From an uncultured SAR86 cluster bacterium (GTDB taxonomy: Bacteria > Pseudomonadota > Gammaproteobacteria > Magnimaribacterales > AG-339-G14), in assembly GCA_902542145.1 (NCBI GenBank), contig CACBTL010000002.1:8170-72169 (forward strand): DNA of 64,000 bases. Reading direction: 5' to 3'. The notes beneath the pieces were generated by a model. The model worked only from the letters and a program-made list of their open reading frames with translations. It ran no database searches and was not told where the DNA came from. The stretch's first letter is position 1, and each line of letters starts with the position of its first letter. Of the stretch, positions 39,668-49,935 are shown piece after piece. The translations under genes were made by a program, and so were the position numbers.

Positions 39668-39955
39668 ATGACAATAAATAATAAGACTTTAGAAAATCTT
39701 TCGAAATTATCTAAGATTAAAATTGACGATAATCTGAGAGATAAATTGAAAGAGGATCTTAATTTGACGATGAATATGATTGATAAAATCAATAAAATTG
39801 ATTGTGATCAAATAGAAGAACTAAGTCATCCAATAAAAGATAATTTTAATTTAAGAGGAGATGTAGTTTCTGAAGATATCAACAGAGAAAGTCTTCAAAA
39901 AACTTCAAATAAAACTGAAGATGGATTTTACCTCGTGCCTAAAGTTATTGAATAA
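39668..39955 (+). CDS. gatC: Glu/Asp-tRNA amidotransferase subunit C
   Basis: It is 95 aa from ATG 39668 (MTINNKTLENLSKLSKIKI). The track ORF has a spurious N-terminal extension from 39587. Confidence 0.88.
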   Translation: MTINNKTLENLSKLSKIKIDDNLRDKLKEDLNLTMNMIDKINKIDCDQIEELSHPIKDNFNLRGDVVSEDINRESLQKTSNKTEDGFYLVPKVIE

Positions 39956-41380
39956 ATGAATTTGGAAACATTATCTCTTCAAGAGCAGATAGAAGGCTTA
40001 AGAGAAAAGAAATTTTCTTCCGTTGAGCTGGTAAAAAATTATATTTCGGTAATAGAAGATAAAGAAGATCTCAATATCTTTGTATCCAATGATTTTGAAA
40101 AAGCGCTTGAGAAAGCAAAAAAGTCTGATGGGTCCAAAAAAAGCCAAGAAGATGTTCCTTTAAATGGAATACCAATGGTACACAAAGACATCTTTTGTAC
40201 TAAAGGTATAAAAACATCATGTGGATCAAAAATGTTGGATAATTTTTATCCTCCCTACTCGGCAACAGTTGTAGAAAAGTTAGAACAAGCTGGATCAATT
40301 TGTCTAGGAAAGACAAACATGGATGAATTTGCGATGGGATCTTCAAATGAAACAAGCTTTTATGGGGCAGTAAAAAATCCTCTTAACATTAAAAAAACTC
40401 CAGGAGGTTCTTCTGGAGGATCTGCAGCAGCGGTTGCCGCAAACTTCAGTAGCTTTTCAACTGGAACTGACACAGGAGGATCTATAAGACAACCTGCTTC
40501 ATTTTGCGGTATAGCAGGAATTAAGCCAACCTATGGAAGAGTATCTAGGTATGGAATGATTGCCTTTGCATCAAGTCTTGATCAGGGAGGAATACTTGCA
40601 AAAAATATAAAAGATGCGGCGATTGCCCTTCAATGCATATCAGGGTATGACTCAAAAGATGCTACTTCGATAAAAGTGGAAGTTCCCAATTTTTCTGAAG
40701 ATTGTGAATCAAGTGAATTTGAGCATGTTGTTGGTTTGGTTACTGATTTAATTCATTCTTTTGGAGATGAAGATTTATCAAAAAATTATGGTGAAGCCAT
40801 CGAAAGGCTAGAAAAATTAAAAATTAAGACGAAAGAGATTGAATTGCCAAATTTAGAATTATCATTACCCGTTTATTACGTAATAGCCCCTGCTGAATGT
40901 TCAGCTAACTTATCTAGATATGATGGAATCAGGTTTGGATACAGAGCTGAGAACGTTGAAAATCTCGATGATCTATATTTTAAATCTAGAGGAGAAGGTT
41001 TTGGAAACGAAACAAAAAAAAGGATACTTATAGGAACTTATTGCTTATCTTCAGGATTTTATGATGCTTACTACAAAAAGGCACAAAAGATTAGAAACCT
41101 GATTTCAAGTGATTTTGTTAATGCATTCAAAAATGTTACTTCAGTAATGTTGCCTACAACATCTGGAGAAGCTTTTGATTTAGGTTCAATAACTGATCCT
41201 GTTGAAATGTATAAACAGGATATTTTTACTATTCCTGCAAACCTTGGAGGTTTGCCTGCTACATCTGTACCATTTGGAGAAAAGAATAATATGCCCCTTG
41301 GAATACAATTCATAGGAAACATTTTAGAGGAGTCCTCGCTTTTAAATATTTCTAATAAATTTCAGTTAGGTGAAAAATGA
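39956..41380 (+). CDS. gatA: Glu/Asp-tRNA amidotransferase subunit A
   Basis: It has the amidase signature GGSSGGSAAAVA...GTDTGGSIRQPA. Confidence 0.96.
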   Translation: MNLETLSLQEQIEGLREKKFSSVELVKNYISVIEDKEDLNIFVSNDFEKALEKAKKSDGSKKSQEDVPLNGIPMVHKDIFCTKGIKTSCGSKMLDNFYPPYSATVVEKLEQAGSICLGKTNMDEFAMGSSNETSFYGAVKNPLNIKKTPGGSSGGSAAAVAANFSSFSTGTDTGGSIRQPASFCGIAGIKPTYGRVSRYGMIAFASSLDQGGILAKNIKDAAIALQCISGYDSKDATSIKVEVPNFSEDCESSEFEHVVGLVTDLIHSFGDEDLSKNYGEAIERLEKLKIKTKEIELPNLELSLPVYYVIAPAECSANLSRYDGIRFGYRAENVENLDDLYFKSRGEGFGNETKKRILIGTYCLSSGFYDAYYKKAQKIRNLISSDFVNAFKNVTSVMLPTTSGEAFDLGSITDPVEMYKQDIFTIPANLGGLPATSVPFGEKNNMPLGIQFIGNILEESSLLNISNKFQLGEK

Positions 41381-42816
41381 AAGATAATTGGGAAAGTGTC
41401 ATTGGACTGGAAATTCATGTTCAGTTGAATTCAGAATCTAAAATCTTTTCTAATGCTCCAACTAAATTTGGATCTGATCAGAATCTGCAAGCATGCGAAG
41501 TTGATCTTGGCATGCCAGGCACTCTCCCAGTTTTAAATGAAAAAGCCATTGAAAAGGCTTTAAAGTTTGGAGTTGCTATCAATGCAGAGATTGCTGAAAA
41601 AGTAGGCTTTGCTAGAAAAAACTATTTCTATCCTGATTTACCAAAAGGTTATCAAATAAGTCAACTTGATGATCCAATAGTTGGTAAAGGATCAATTGAA
41701 ATTCAACTAGGAGATCAGAAGATCAAAACAATTGGTATCACAAGAGCTCATCTTGAAGAAGATGCTGGCAAGTCGATACATGATCTATTTGAAAATGAGA
41801 CTGCGATTGATCTTAATAGAGCTGGCACACCTTTATTAGAAATTGTCTCTGAGCCAGATATGTCAAATTCTGAAGAAGCGGTTTCTTACTTAAAAAAAAT
41901 TCATTCTATAGTTTGTGCTTTGGAAATTTCTGATGGGAATATGTCTCAGGGTTCTATGAGATGTGATGCAAATGTCTCTGTAAGAAAGAAAGGTGATAAA
42001 AAATTAGGCACAAGAACGGAACTTAAAAATATAAATTCTTTCAAATTTGTCGAAAAAGCAATTAATTTTGAAATAAAACGCCAAATTTCTTGTCTGGAAA
42101 AAGGAGAAGAGATTGTTCAAGAGACTAGGCTGTATGATGCTACAAATAACACTACTAGATCAATGAGATCGAAAGAGGAAGCTAACGACTATAGATATTT
42201 TCCTGAACCAGACATAATCCCTATTCAAATAACATCTGATCAAATTCATAAGATCAAAAATGAATTGCCAGAACTGCCTGATGAAAAAAAAGAAAGGTTT
42301 ATAAATGAATTAGGTCTATCAGAATATGATGCGAGGAATCTTACATATGATCTAGAACTTGCAAATTTCTTTGAAAAAACCTTGGTTAATATCGATGATC
42401 CTAAGCTTGTGGCCAATTGGATATTAGGAGACTTTTCAGCCATTTTAAATAAGTTTGACTCAGAAGCTAACAACTCAAAAGTTGATGCGGTAAAATTCGC
42501 CGAACTACTGACTTATCTCAAAGAAGAAAAAATCTCTGGGCAAGCTACGAAAAAGGTTCTGGAAAATATATGGGAAAATCCAGATTTATCAGTTTCCAAA
42601 AGCATTCAAGACCTTGGTTTAGAGCAAATATCAGACGACAGTGAGATTGAAGAGATAATAGAAAAGGTTATAAATAATAACCCTGATCAAAAGGAACAGT
42701 TTCTTTCTGGGAAAGATCGTTTATTTGGATTTTTTGTAGGCCAGGTAATGAAAGAATCCAAAGGCAAGGCCAATCCTAAGCTCGTAAATGAGATTCTAAA
42801 AAAGAAATTAGTCTAA
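41377..42816 (+). CDS. gatB: Glu/Asp-tRNA amidotransferase subunit B
   Basis: It begins WESVIGLEIHVQL, contains RAHLEEDAGK, and is 479 aa. Confidence 0.96.
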   Translation: MKDNWESVIGLEIHVQLNSESKIFSNAPTKFGSDQNLQACEVDLGMPGTLPVLNEKAIEKALKFGVAINAEIAEKVGFARKNYFYPDLPKGYQISQLDDPIVGKGSIEIQLGDQKIKTIGITRAHLEEDAGKSIHDLFENETAIDLNRAGTPLLEIVSEPDMSNSEEAVSYLKKIHSIVCALEISDGNMSQGSMRCDANVSVRKKGDKKLGTRTELKNINSFKFVEKAINFEIKRQISCLEKGEEIVQETRLYDATNNTTRSMRSKEEANDYRYFPEPDIIPIQITSDQIHKIKNELPELPDEKKERFINELGLSEYDARNLTYDLELANFFEKTLVNIDDPKLVANWILGDFSAILNKFDSEANNSKVDAVKFAELLTYLKEEKISGQATKKVLENIWENPDLSVSKSIQDLGLEQISDDSEIEEIIEKVINNNPDQKEQFLSGKDRLFGFFVGQVMKESKGKANPKLVNEILKKKLV

Positions 42817-43265
42817 GTTACATACATAGTGAGAGCTTCAGCTACGTATGCTGGTTTTTCTTGCCCTTCAATTTCCATTTTTATTTCATTTTTAACTAGA
42901 TACCTTCCATCCCCTTTATCATCTACAGATAATAAAGTAGCTTTTGTTCGAACCTTTGAACCAACATTTACAGGCGTAAGAAATCTAACCTTATCTAAAC
43001 CATAATTAAAAGCCATTTTCATGTTCTCTGGAGCTACTTGAGGAGCAGGCATTCCAGCCATCAATGATAATGAGAGAAAACCATGAGCAATGGTGGAACC
43101 GAATAATGGTGTTGCCTTTTCTTCATCGACATGAATGAATTGATGATCTAACGTTACATCAGCAAATTGATTTATTCTTTCTTGATCAATTTCCAACCAA
43201 TCCGATGTACCCATATCTTTTCCTATGTAATCTTTTAAAGTATCTGCTGGTACTAATCCCGCCAT
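42813..43265 (-). CDS. MaoC-like (R)-specific enoyl-CoA hydratase / hot-dog fold dehydratase
   Basis: It has INQFADVTLDHQFIHVDEEKA...TIAHGFL, the typical MaoC dehydratase motif. It is 150 aa. Confidence 0.8.
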   Translation of the reverse strand: MAGLVPADTLKDYIGKDMGTSDWLEIDQERINQFADVTLDHQFIHVDEEKATPLFGSTIAHGFLSLSLMAGMPAPQVAPENMKMAFNYGLDKVRFLTPVNVGSKVRTKATLLSVDDKGDGRYLVKNEIKMEIEGQEKPAYVAEALTMYVT

Positions 43266-43266
43266 T

Positions 43267-44892
43267 TCAATCTCCTTTTTTAATTAAATGATTTTTATAA
43301 TCTTCTCTTAAACCTGTTTTTAATAATTTTCCGGTTGCTCCGTGAGGTAATTCATCAATGAAGATCACATCATCAGGCAACCACCACTTTGCAACTTTAT
43401 CAGAAAGATACTCTAAAACAGATTCTTTTGTACAGTCGTCAGAATTTTTAACGACAAACAGTAGAGGTCTCTCATCCCATTTTTCATGAGCAACTCCAAC
43501 GACACATGCTTCCAAAACTCCAGGGCATCCGAGGGCGGTATTTTCTAGGTCAATAGAACTTATCCACTCACCTCCAGACTTGATTACATCCTTACTCCTA
43601 TCTACTATCCTCATGTATCCATCTGATGAAATAGTTGATACATCTCCAGTATCAAACCAACCATTTTCTAAAGCACTTTCCGATGACTTGTAATATCTTT
43701 CAATTATTGCTGGTCCTTTAACCATTAACCTGCCAAAAGTTTTCCCATCGTTAGGCAAAGTATCGCCTTCATCATTAACAATTTTAATTTGGCATCCATA
43801 TATTGCTCTTCCTTGACTGGTTTGAAGCTCATAACGATCATCTAACTCCATTAAATCCATCTCTGCTGTATCTTGATTTAATGTTCCCAAAGGACTCATT
43901 TCAGTCATTCCCCACCCATGCAAAAGAAAAACGTTATGTTTTTCTTGGAAGTCTTTTATCATCGACTTAGGAGCGGCAGATCCGCCTACCAATACTGAAT
44001 TTACATTTTCTAGGGTAATGTCCTTTTCATCTAAATAATTAAGTAACCCGAGCCACACTGTGGGAACACCAAGCAAATTATTCACTCCCTCATCGTTAAT
44101 CAAGTTGAAAATAGACTCTCCATCAGTGAAAGGGCCAGGAAATACTAATTTACACCCAAGCATGCTAGCTGCATAAGGAACTCCCCAAGCATTAACGTGA
44201 AACATTGGAACCACTGGGAGGACAACACTTTTTGAAGTTAAATTCATTGCATTTCCTGCGCTCGAATACCATGCATGAAGTATTGTAGATCTATGAGAAT
44301 AGAGAACTCCTTTTGGATTTCCTGTTGTGCCAGACGTATAACACAAAGAAGATGCTGTGTTTTCATCAAAAGTTGGCCAATTAAATTCTTCGCTCTCATC
44401 TTTAATTAACTCTTCGTAACACATCAAATTTTCTAGCTTTGAATCTTTGGGAAGGTTTTCTTTGTCGCATAAAACAATAAAGCCTTTCACGTTTTTTAAA
44501 TTTTTAGCAACTGCCTCAATTATTGGTATAAAAGGAAGATCTATAAAAAGATACTTATCTTCAGCATGATTAACTATGAAATCTATCTGCTCTGGAAAAA
44601 GCCTAGGGTTTAAAGTATGCAATACTGCTCCAATCCCAGAGATTCCAAAATAAAGTTCAAAATGTCGGTAGCCATTGACAGCCATTGTGCCGAGAACATC
44701 GCCTTCTTTAACTCCTAAGTTAACTAAGGCATTGGCAAGCTGCTTTGATCTTTTTGCAGCGTCTAAAATAGAATATCTATGAATGTCTCCTTCAACTCTC
44801 TTGCTTACTATTTCAGTTTTAGAATTATTTTGAATTGCATGCTCAAGAATTCCTGAAATGAGCAAAGGTTCAGTCATCATATTACCCAGCAT
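43267..44892 (-). CDS. AMP-dependent acyl-CoA ligase (medium/long-chain fatty-acid--CoA ligase family)
   Basis: It has the AMP-binding motif [12 protein letters not shown], plus GWGMTE and the C-terminal GKLLK. It is 541 aa. Confidence 0.85.
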   Translation of the reverse strand: MLGNMMTEPLLISGILEHAIQNNSKTEIVSKRVEGDIHRYSILDAAKRSKQLANALVNLGVKEGDVLGTMAVNGYRHFELYFGISGIGAVLHTLNPRLFPEQIDFIVNHAEDKYLFIDLPFIPIIEAVAKNLKNVKGFIVLCDKENLPKDSKLENLMCYEELIKDESEEFNWPTFDENTASSLCYTSGTTGNPKGVLYSHRSTILHAWYSSAGNAMNLTSKSVVLPVVPMFHVNAWGVPYAASMLGCKLVFPGPFTDGESIFNLINDEGVNNLLGVPTVWLGLLNYLDEKDITLENVNSVLVGGSAAPKSMIKDFQEKHNVFLLHGWGMTEMSPLGTLNQDTAEMDLMELDDRYELQTSQGRAIYGCQIKIVNDEGDTLPNDGKTFGRLMVKGPAIIERYYKSSESALENGWFDTGDVSTISSDGYMRIVDRSKDVIKSGGEWISSIDLENTALGCPGVLEACVVGVAHEKWDERPLLFVVKNSDDCTKESVLEYLSDKVAKWWLPDDVIFIDELPHGATGKLLKTGLREDYKNHLIKKGD

Positions 44893-44914
44893 AATTACCT
44901 CTTTATGATTAATA

Positions 44915-45967
44915 TTAATTAAAAGTCTGACTAACTAATGGAGAATATCTTCGATGTAAGTAAGTTTCAATAGTCTGCTTAGATTTAAAATTTTTTATTA
45001 GCTCTATATCATTTAAGGCTTGCACTAAATAAGGTTTCCATTCCAAAAACAAATTATCGTCTGTAGTCTCAAAAACTACTTTCTTGATATTTTTTGAATT
45101 TCTAATCATTTTGTTGATTTCAGATTTATTGATATTTTTGAAAGGACTATCAAACAAAGGCAGTAGTTCACTGGGTAAATTTATCCTTTTTTTCTTATCA
45201 AAAACTTTACTTATTAAAAATTCATCAGTGTTTATGAGGCCAGTGCCATTTATAACGTGTCCATAAGGATTACCTCTAAAAAAATCCCTGCCCGTAATAT
45301 CGCCTAAAAAAAGCCTTGTAGGACAATAATCGTTTGCATAAAAATTATCCCAAATAATCACAGGATTCTTTATTACTTGACCTAGCTCTCTGAGGTGGTC
45401 TTGAGAAATAAAATCGCTAATTACTTTTGGACCCGTCCAAAGAAAAAATAAATCATTATTTATGGTTTCTGATACTCCTTCGAGATACTTATCATTTTGA
45501 ATTCCTTTTTTAGAAAAGCTTTCGCAATAAATTGATGGACAAAACCATCCGTTACTAAGACCCAACTTAGTAGTTACCTCTGAAATTAATTCGCCGTGAA
45601 ATTTACCTAAATCTTTATCATCAGATTCTATTCCAATGTTATTTATATCAATATCATCAAACAATAAACCTACCTCGGAAAATCCTTTATCAATGGCAAA
45701 ATTAAACTTTGAAAGCAGAAAGTTAAAATCCTTCTTAGATTTTCTATTAAAGTCTGATCCTGGAGATAATGTATATACTTGAGCTATATTTTTGGGAATG
45801 CTTCGTGCTTCCAGAGATTTATCTTTTAATCGCCATTTTTGTCTGATGTAAGAATCTTCTTTTGGTGCATAAATGTAATGGGTAATATTACCATTCTCAA
45901 AACCATAATCATTTTTTTTTGGCTTTCTATTATAAAAACCTTCTATGAATCCTCTGATTTTCATCAT
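44915..45967 (-). CDS. GH84-family beta-N-acetylglucosaminidase (O-GlcNAcase/NagJ-like), catalytic domain only
   Basis: It has IRGFIEGFY, HYIYAPKEDSYIRQKWR, the tandem-Asp motif GLLFDDI, LWTGPKV and PVIIWDNFYANDY, matching GH84 family motifs as I recall them. ATG 45967 overlaps the moeB stop as TAATG. The track starts at GTG 45973. Confidence 0.75.
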   Translation of the reverse strand: MMKIRGFIEGFYNRKPKKNDYGFENGNITHYIYAPKEDSYIRQKWRLKDKSLEARSIPKNIAQVYTLSPGSDFNRKSKKDFNFLLSKFNFAIDKGFSEVGLLFDDIDINNIGIESDDKDLGKFHGELISEVTTKLGLSNGWFCPSIYCESFSKKGIQNDKYLEGVSETINNDLFFLWTGPKVISDFISQDHLRELGQVIKNPVIIWDNFYANDYCPTRLFLGDITGRDFFRGNPYGHVINGTGLINTDEFLISKVFDKKKRINLPSELLPLFDSPFKNINKSEINKMIRNSKNIKKVVFETTDDNLFLEWKPYLVQALNDIELIKNFKSKQTIETYLHRRYSPLVSQTFN

Positions 45968-46737
45968 TAACACTTACCACAAATTTTACATTGGTTATTT
46001 TTTTTAAAAGATATTTCCCTGCTTAAATTATCTTTGAAATCATAATCTTGGAAAATTTGGCAGTTCTTGGATATCTTAGTAATAGTTTTTATTGCTTCTG
46101 AAGCTAACATTGACCCAATTATCCCTACTATTGGAGAAAATATTGCTGATTCTGTGCAGCTTAAGTCTTCAGAAGATGTATCTTCAAATAAGCATTCATA
46201 ACATGCACTATCATTTTGGAAATCAAATTTCATAAGCTGCCCTTTCCACTGAATGCATGAACCTGAAATTAAAGGTATTTTATTTTTATAACAGTAGTTA
46301 TTTGTATACCTTCTGGTTTGAAAATTATCAGAGCAATCTATAATAATTTCGCTCTTTGTTATTTCATCAGGAACACTATTTTTTTCAAAACTTTGTCTGA
46401 ATTTTTTTATATTCACATCAGGATTAAGTCTCAATAAAGATGTAACTGCAGCATCGACTTTAAAAGCATTTAAGTCCTTTTCACGAAATAAAATTTGCCT
46501 TTGTAAGTTGCTTAGATCAACTTGGTCAGGATCAAAGAGGTTTAAGTTACCAATTCCACTTGCAACCAGATACTGCGAGCAGGCGCACCCCAAACCGCCA
46601 ACTCCAATAATCGTGACAGTAGAATTTTTTAGTAGCTTTTGTCCCTCAACCCCTATATCTGTAAGCATGATGTTTCTGCTGTATTTCATCATCTCTTTTT
46701 CACTAAAGTTCACTTGGTTAGGCATGCTACTCTCCAT
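45967..46737 (-). CDS. moeB: MoeB/ThiF-family adenylyltransferase
   Basis: It has the GVGGLGC nucleotide loop, NLQRQ, and two CxxC pairs (CYEC, CKIC). It lies after prmC. Confidence 0.8.
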   Translation of the reverse strand: MESSMPNQVNFSEKEMMKYSRNIMLTDIGVEGQKLLKNSTVTIIGVGGLGCACSQYLVASGIGNLNLFDPDQVDLSNLQRQILFREKDLNAFKVDAAVTSLLRLNPDVNIKKFRQSFEKNSVPDEITKSEIIIDCSDNFQTRRYTNNYCYKNKIPLISGSCIQWKGQLMKFDFQNDSACYECLFEDTSSEDLSCTESAIFSPIVGIIGSMLASEAIKTITKISKNCQIFQDYDFKDNLSREISFKKNNQCKICGKC

Positions 46738-47516
46738 TTTCCATTCAAATCTTTTAAAAAAGAAGCATCGCTATAGTCATTTTGATTTGCCATCTCATTA
46801 ATAAAATCCTTCTGATCAAATCCATGCTCTATAAGCAACTTCCCATTTTCTTTTAAGAAAGTAGCACTATTTTTTATGATTGTACTAATGTCAGCCAGTC
46901 CCTTTTTCTCAGAAAAAAGTGCAGATGGTGGCTCAAACCAAATTCCATCCTCATCTCCATCTAAATCATTACGATTAATATATGGTGGATTAGAAATTAT
47001 CAAATCCATCGGCTCAAAAAGCCATCTTTTACGCCAATCATGCTGAATTAGAACAGAATTTTTCAGATTTAGAGCTTTCATGTTTTCTCTCGCAACAGAT
47101 AAAGCTTCAAAACTTTTATCTGTTAAGGTGCAAGTCCAAAAGGGCTTTTCTTTGGCTATAGACAAACCTATAGCTCCAGATCCTGTTCCAAGCTCAAGAA
47201 GTGAACAATTCTCTAAATCAATAGATATGGCTGTTTCTACTAATAATTCTGACTCTGGTCTTGGGATTAACGTACTTTCATTAACCTGAAATTCATCGTC
47301 CCAAAAAGGTTTTATTCCTGTTATGTATGCTAAAGGAAAACCTTCTTCCCTCCTCTTTACAAGATAGGTAAAAGCTTTATTTGTTGTATCTTGAATTTCA
47401 ATATCTGACTTTTTATAAAGATCAACTCTTTCAATTTTGAGTAAATGACACAAAATTAGTTCCTTATCAATTGTTGGGAGATTTGAAATTGAAAATAACT
47501 TTCGGAGATTCGTCAC
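46710..47516 (-). CDS. prmC: Release factor glutamine N5-methyltransferase
   Basis: It has the LELGTGSGAIG SAM motif and the NPPY catalytic motif. It overlaps prfA by 4 nt. Confidence 0.92.
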   Translation of the reverse strand: MTNLRKLFSISNLPTIDKELILCHLLKIERVDLYKKSDIEIQDTTNKAFTYLVKRREEGFPLAYITGIKPFWDDEFQVNESTLIPRPESELLVETAISIDLENCSLLELGTGSGAIGLSIAKEKPFWTCTLTDKSFEALSVARENMKALNLKNSVLIQHDWRKRWLFEPMDLIISNPPYINRNDLDGDEDGIWFEPPSALFSEKKGLADISTIIKNSATFLKENGKLLIEHGFDQKDFINEMANQNDYSDASFLKDLNGKWRVACLTK

Positions 47517-48604
47517 GAGAGTGTTTTTTCAAGGTTTGATAATAATCTAGCTTGATTTTCTTCTAATAAAGTTGAAATCATGATTTCCATTTCACCATCT
47601 AGGAAACCATCCAAATTATGAACCGAAAATTCAATCCTATGATCAGTGATTCTACTTTGAGGAAAATTATAAGTCCTAATTTTCTCAGATCGATCTCCTG
47701 ACCCAACCATATTTTTTCTTTTTTCAGCTTGCTCCTGAGTTAGTTCTTCTTCTGCCATTGCTTTGAGCTTTGCACCGAGCAAAGTTAGTGCTTTTGCTTT
47801 ATTCTTATGTTGAGACCTATCATCCTGACACTCAACGACTATTCCAGTTGGAATATGAGTTAACCTCACAGCTGAATCTGTCTTATTAACATGCTGCCCT
47901 CCTGCACCAGAGGCACGAAAAGTGTCAGTTCTGATTTCAGACTTATCTATCTCGACTTCTTCAACATCTTCTATTTCTGCAAGAACAGCTACTGAGCATG
48001 CCGAGGTATGAATTCTTCCTTGTGATTCAGTTGAAGGAACTCTTTGAACGCGGTGTATCCCAGATTCAAACTTCAATTTTTTATAAACATTCTCACCAGA
48101 GATTTTAATTACTACTTCTTTAAATCCACCTTGCTCGCTTTCTCTTGACGAAATAAGGTCACTCTTCCATCTATTTCTTTCTGCTAGTCTTAGATACATT
48201 CTATAAAGATCTCCAACAAAAAGTGCTGCCTCATCGCCGCCGGTTCCGGCTCTAACTTCAACAAAAACATTTTTATCATCATTCTCATCAACAGGTATAA
48301 GAAGATTCTTCAGCTCTATTTCAATCTCAGAGATTCTTTCGTTATTTTCCTTAATTTCCTCTTTTGCTAACTCCGCTAAATCCATATCAGATTCATTAAG
48401 GACTTCTTCAGCGCTTGAAATATTGCTTTCGCACTGAATGTACTCATCGAATTTTTCTACAATAGGTTTTAAATTAGAATATTCTTTCGATAAAGATGCA
48501 TACTGCTTTTGATCATTGATTACATCTGGCATGCTCAATTTAGTCTGAATATCAGAGAAATTATCCTTAATCTCAGTTAATCTTGTTTTTATTGAATCTA
48601 ACAT
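47513..48604 (-). CDS. prfA: Peptide chain release factor 1
   Basis: It has the GGQ motif (SGAGGQHVNKTDSAVR) and the PST-type tripeptide (VPSTES). Confidence 0.97.
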   Translation of the reverse strand: MLDSIKTRLTEIKDNFSDIQTKLSMPDVINDQKQYASLSKEYSNLKPIVEKFDEYIQCESNISSAEEVLNESDMDLAELAKEEIKENNERISEIEIELKNLLIPVDENDDKNVFVEVRAGTGGDEAALFVGDLYRMYLRLAERNRWKSDLISSRESEQGGFKEVVIKISGENVYKKLKFESGIHRVQRVPSTESQGRIHTSACSVAVLAEIEDVEEVEIDKSEIRTDTFRASGAGGQHVNKTDSAVRLTHIPTGIVVECQDDRSQHKNKAKALTLLGAKLKAMAEEELTQEQAEKRKNMVGSGDRSEKIRTYNFPQSRITDHRIEFSVHNLDGFLDGEMEIMISTLLEENQARLLSNLEKTLS

Positions 48605-48622
48605 TTATAAAATTTTTAAAAG

Positions 48623-49138
48623 ATGAATAAAAATTCAATCCTGAGGTCAATTCTACTTATTTTTATTTTAGTATCCTATCTTTCATCTTGTGCAACTGTT
48701 AAAGATGGCTTAATTGATTCAAAAAATGATAGAAATTTTTTAACTGCAAGTTTTTCATTTAGAACAAGTGAATCTTTCCATAACGGGAAAGTCAGTTTTT
48801 TAAAACAAAAAGATAAAATAACAATAAATTTTAAAAGTAGTAGGTTCTATCCAAAATTCAGCCTTTTGTTCAACAATAAAGATACATATCAATTACTGGT
48901 CAATAATTCTTTCAGAAACAAAGCAGAAGAAATAATTCAAAAGAATGATAATTTAATTTTTACACTTTATTCCGTTGTGGATTGGTACTACAGAGATTGC
49001 TTATCTGGAGACTGCAAACTTCTAAGAATAATAGAAGATTCTATCCTTGTTGAAAAAATATCCGATGGTCAGGAAGATACGGATAAATTAGTTGCAACTA
49101 ATCCATTTTATAAACTTCAGATTTTGATAAATAAATGA
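48623..49138 (+). CDS. lolB: Outer-membrane lipoprotein LolB-like
   Basis: It has the lipobox YLSSC. The call rests mainly on its size and its position immediately upstream of ispE, with a 4-nt overlap. Confidence 0.55.
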   Translation: MNKNSILRSILLIFILVSYLSSCATVKDGLIDSKNDRNFLTASFSFRTSESFHNGKVSFLKQKDKITINFKSSRFYPKFSLLFNNKDTYQLLVNNSFRNKAEEIIQKNDNLIFTLYSVVDWYYRDCLSGDCKLLRIIEDSILVEKISDGQEDTDKLVATNPFYKLQILINK

Positions 49139-49935
49139 AAGTTTCCTGTCCAGCGAAGTTAAACATTGGCCTGAAAATAAATTCTAAGAGACCTGATGGC
49201 TATCATGATCTTGAAACTGAGTTCAGATTAATATCTTTATTTGATTATCTTGAAATAAAAGAAAGTAAAAATTTCCAACTTAATATCGATAATGATGAAA
49301 TTGAAACTGAAGATAATCTCATTACAAAAGCTTATTTTTTGATGAAAAGCTTATGTAATGAAAAATCAGAATTCTCATTTAAGGTGCAAAAAAATATACC
49401 AATAGGTGCAGGCTTAGGAGGCGGAAGTTCAAACTGTGCTTCTACATTGATTGTTCTCAATAAACTTTTTAAATTGAATTTACCGGAGAAAAAGTTATTA
49501 AAAATTGGACTTAGTCTAGGAAGCGATGTTCCTTTTTTTATAAAAGGAGAAAATTCTATTGCTAAAGGGAGAGGCGAATTACTTGAAACTATTGAAAGAC
49601 AAACACATTATTATTTGATTATCTATCCAGATATAAAAATATCCACGGCCAATGCATTCAAGTTTTATGAAGAAAATAAGAAAGATTTTCCAAAATATTT
49701 AAAAAATGATTTTGAGTACTTTGCAAGAAAAGCATATCCAGAAATAAATGAAATTTTTAACCTCATGTCTCAATATGGAACTGTAGAATTATCTGGAACT
49801 GGCTCTTCAATGTATTTAAATTTTAATTCTTCAGAAGAGGCGTATACAATTGCAACGAAAGTTCCGACTAACTGTAAGTTTTTTGTAACAAGAAGTTTAG
49901 ACAAGTCTCCGATATATGATGAACTTAATAAATAA
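49135..49935 (+). CDS. ispE: 4-diphosphocytidyl-2-C-methyl-D-erythritol kinase
   Basis: It begins CPAKLNIGL and has the GHMP kinase motif PIGAGLGGGSSN. Confidence 0.92.
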   Translation: MKVSCPAKLNIGLKINSKRPDGYHDLETEFRLISLFDYLEIKESKNFQLNIDNDEIETEDNLITKAYFLMKSLCNEKSEFSFKVQKNIPIGAGLGGGSSNCASTLIVLNKLFKLNLPEKKLLKIGLSLGSDVPFFIKGENSIAKGRGELLETIERQTHYYLIIYPDIKISTANAFKFYEENKKDFPKYLKNDFEYFARKAYPEINEIFNLMSQYGTVELSGTGSSMYLNFNSSEEAYTIATKVPTNCKFFVTRSLDKSPIYDELNK

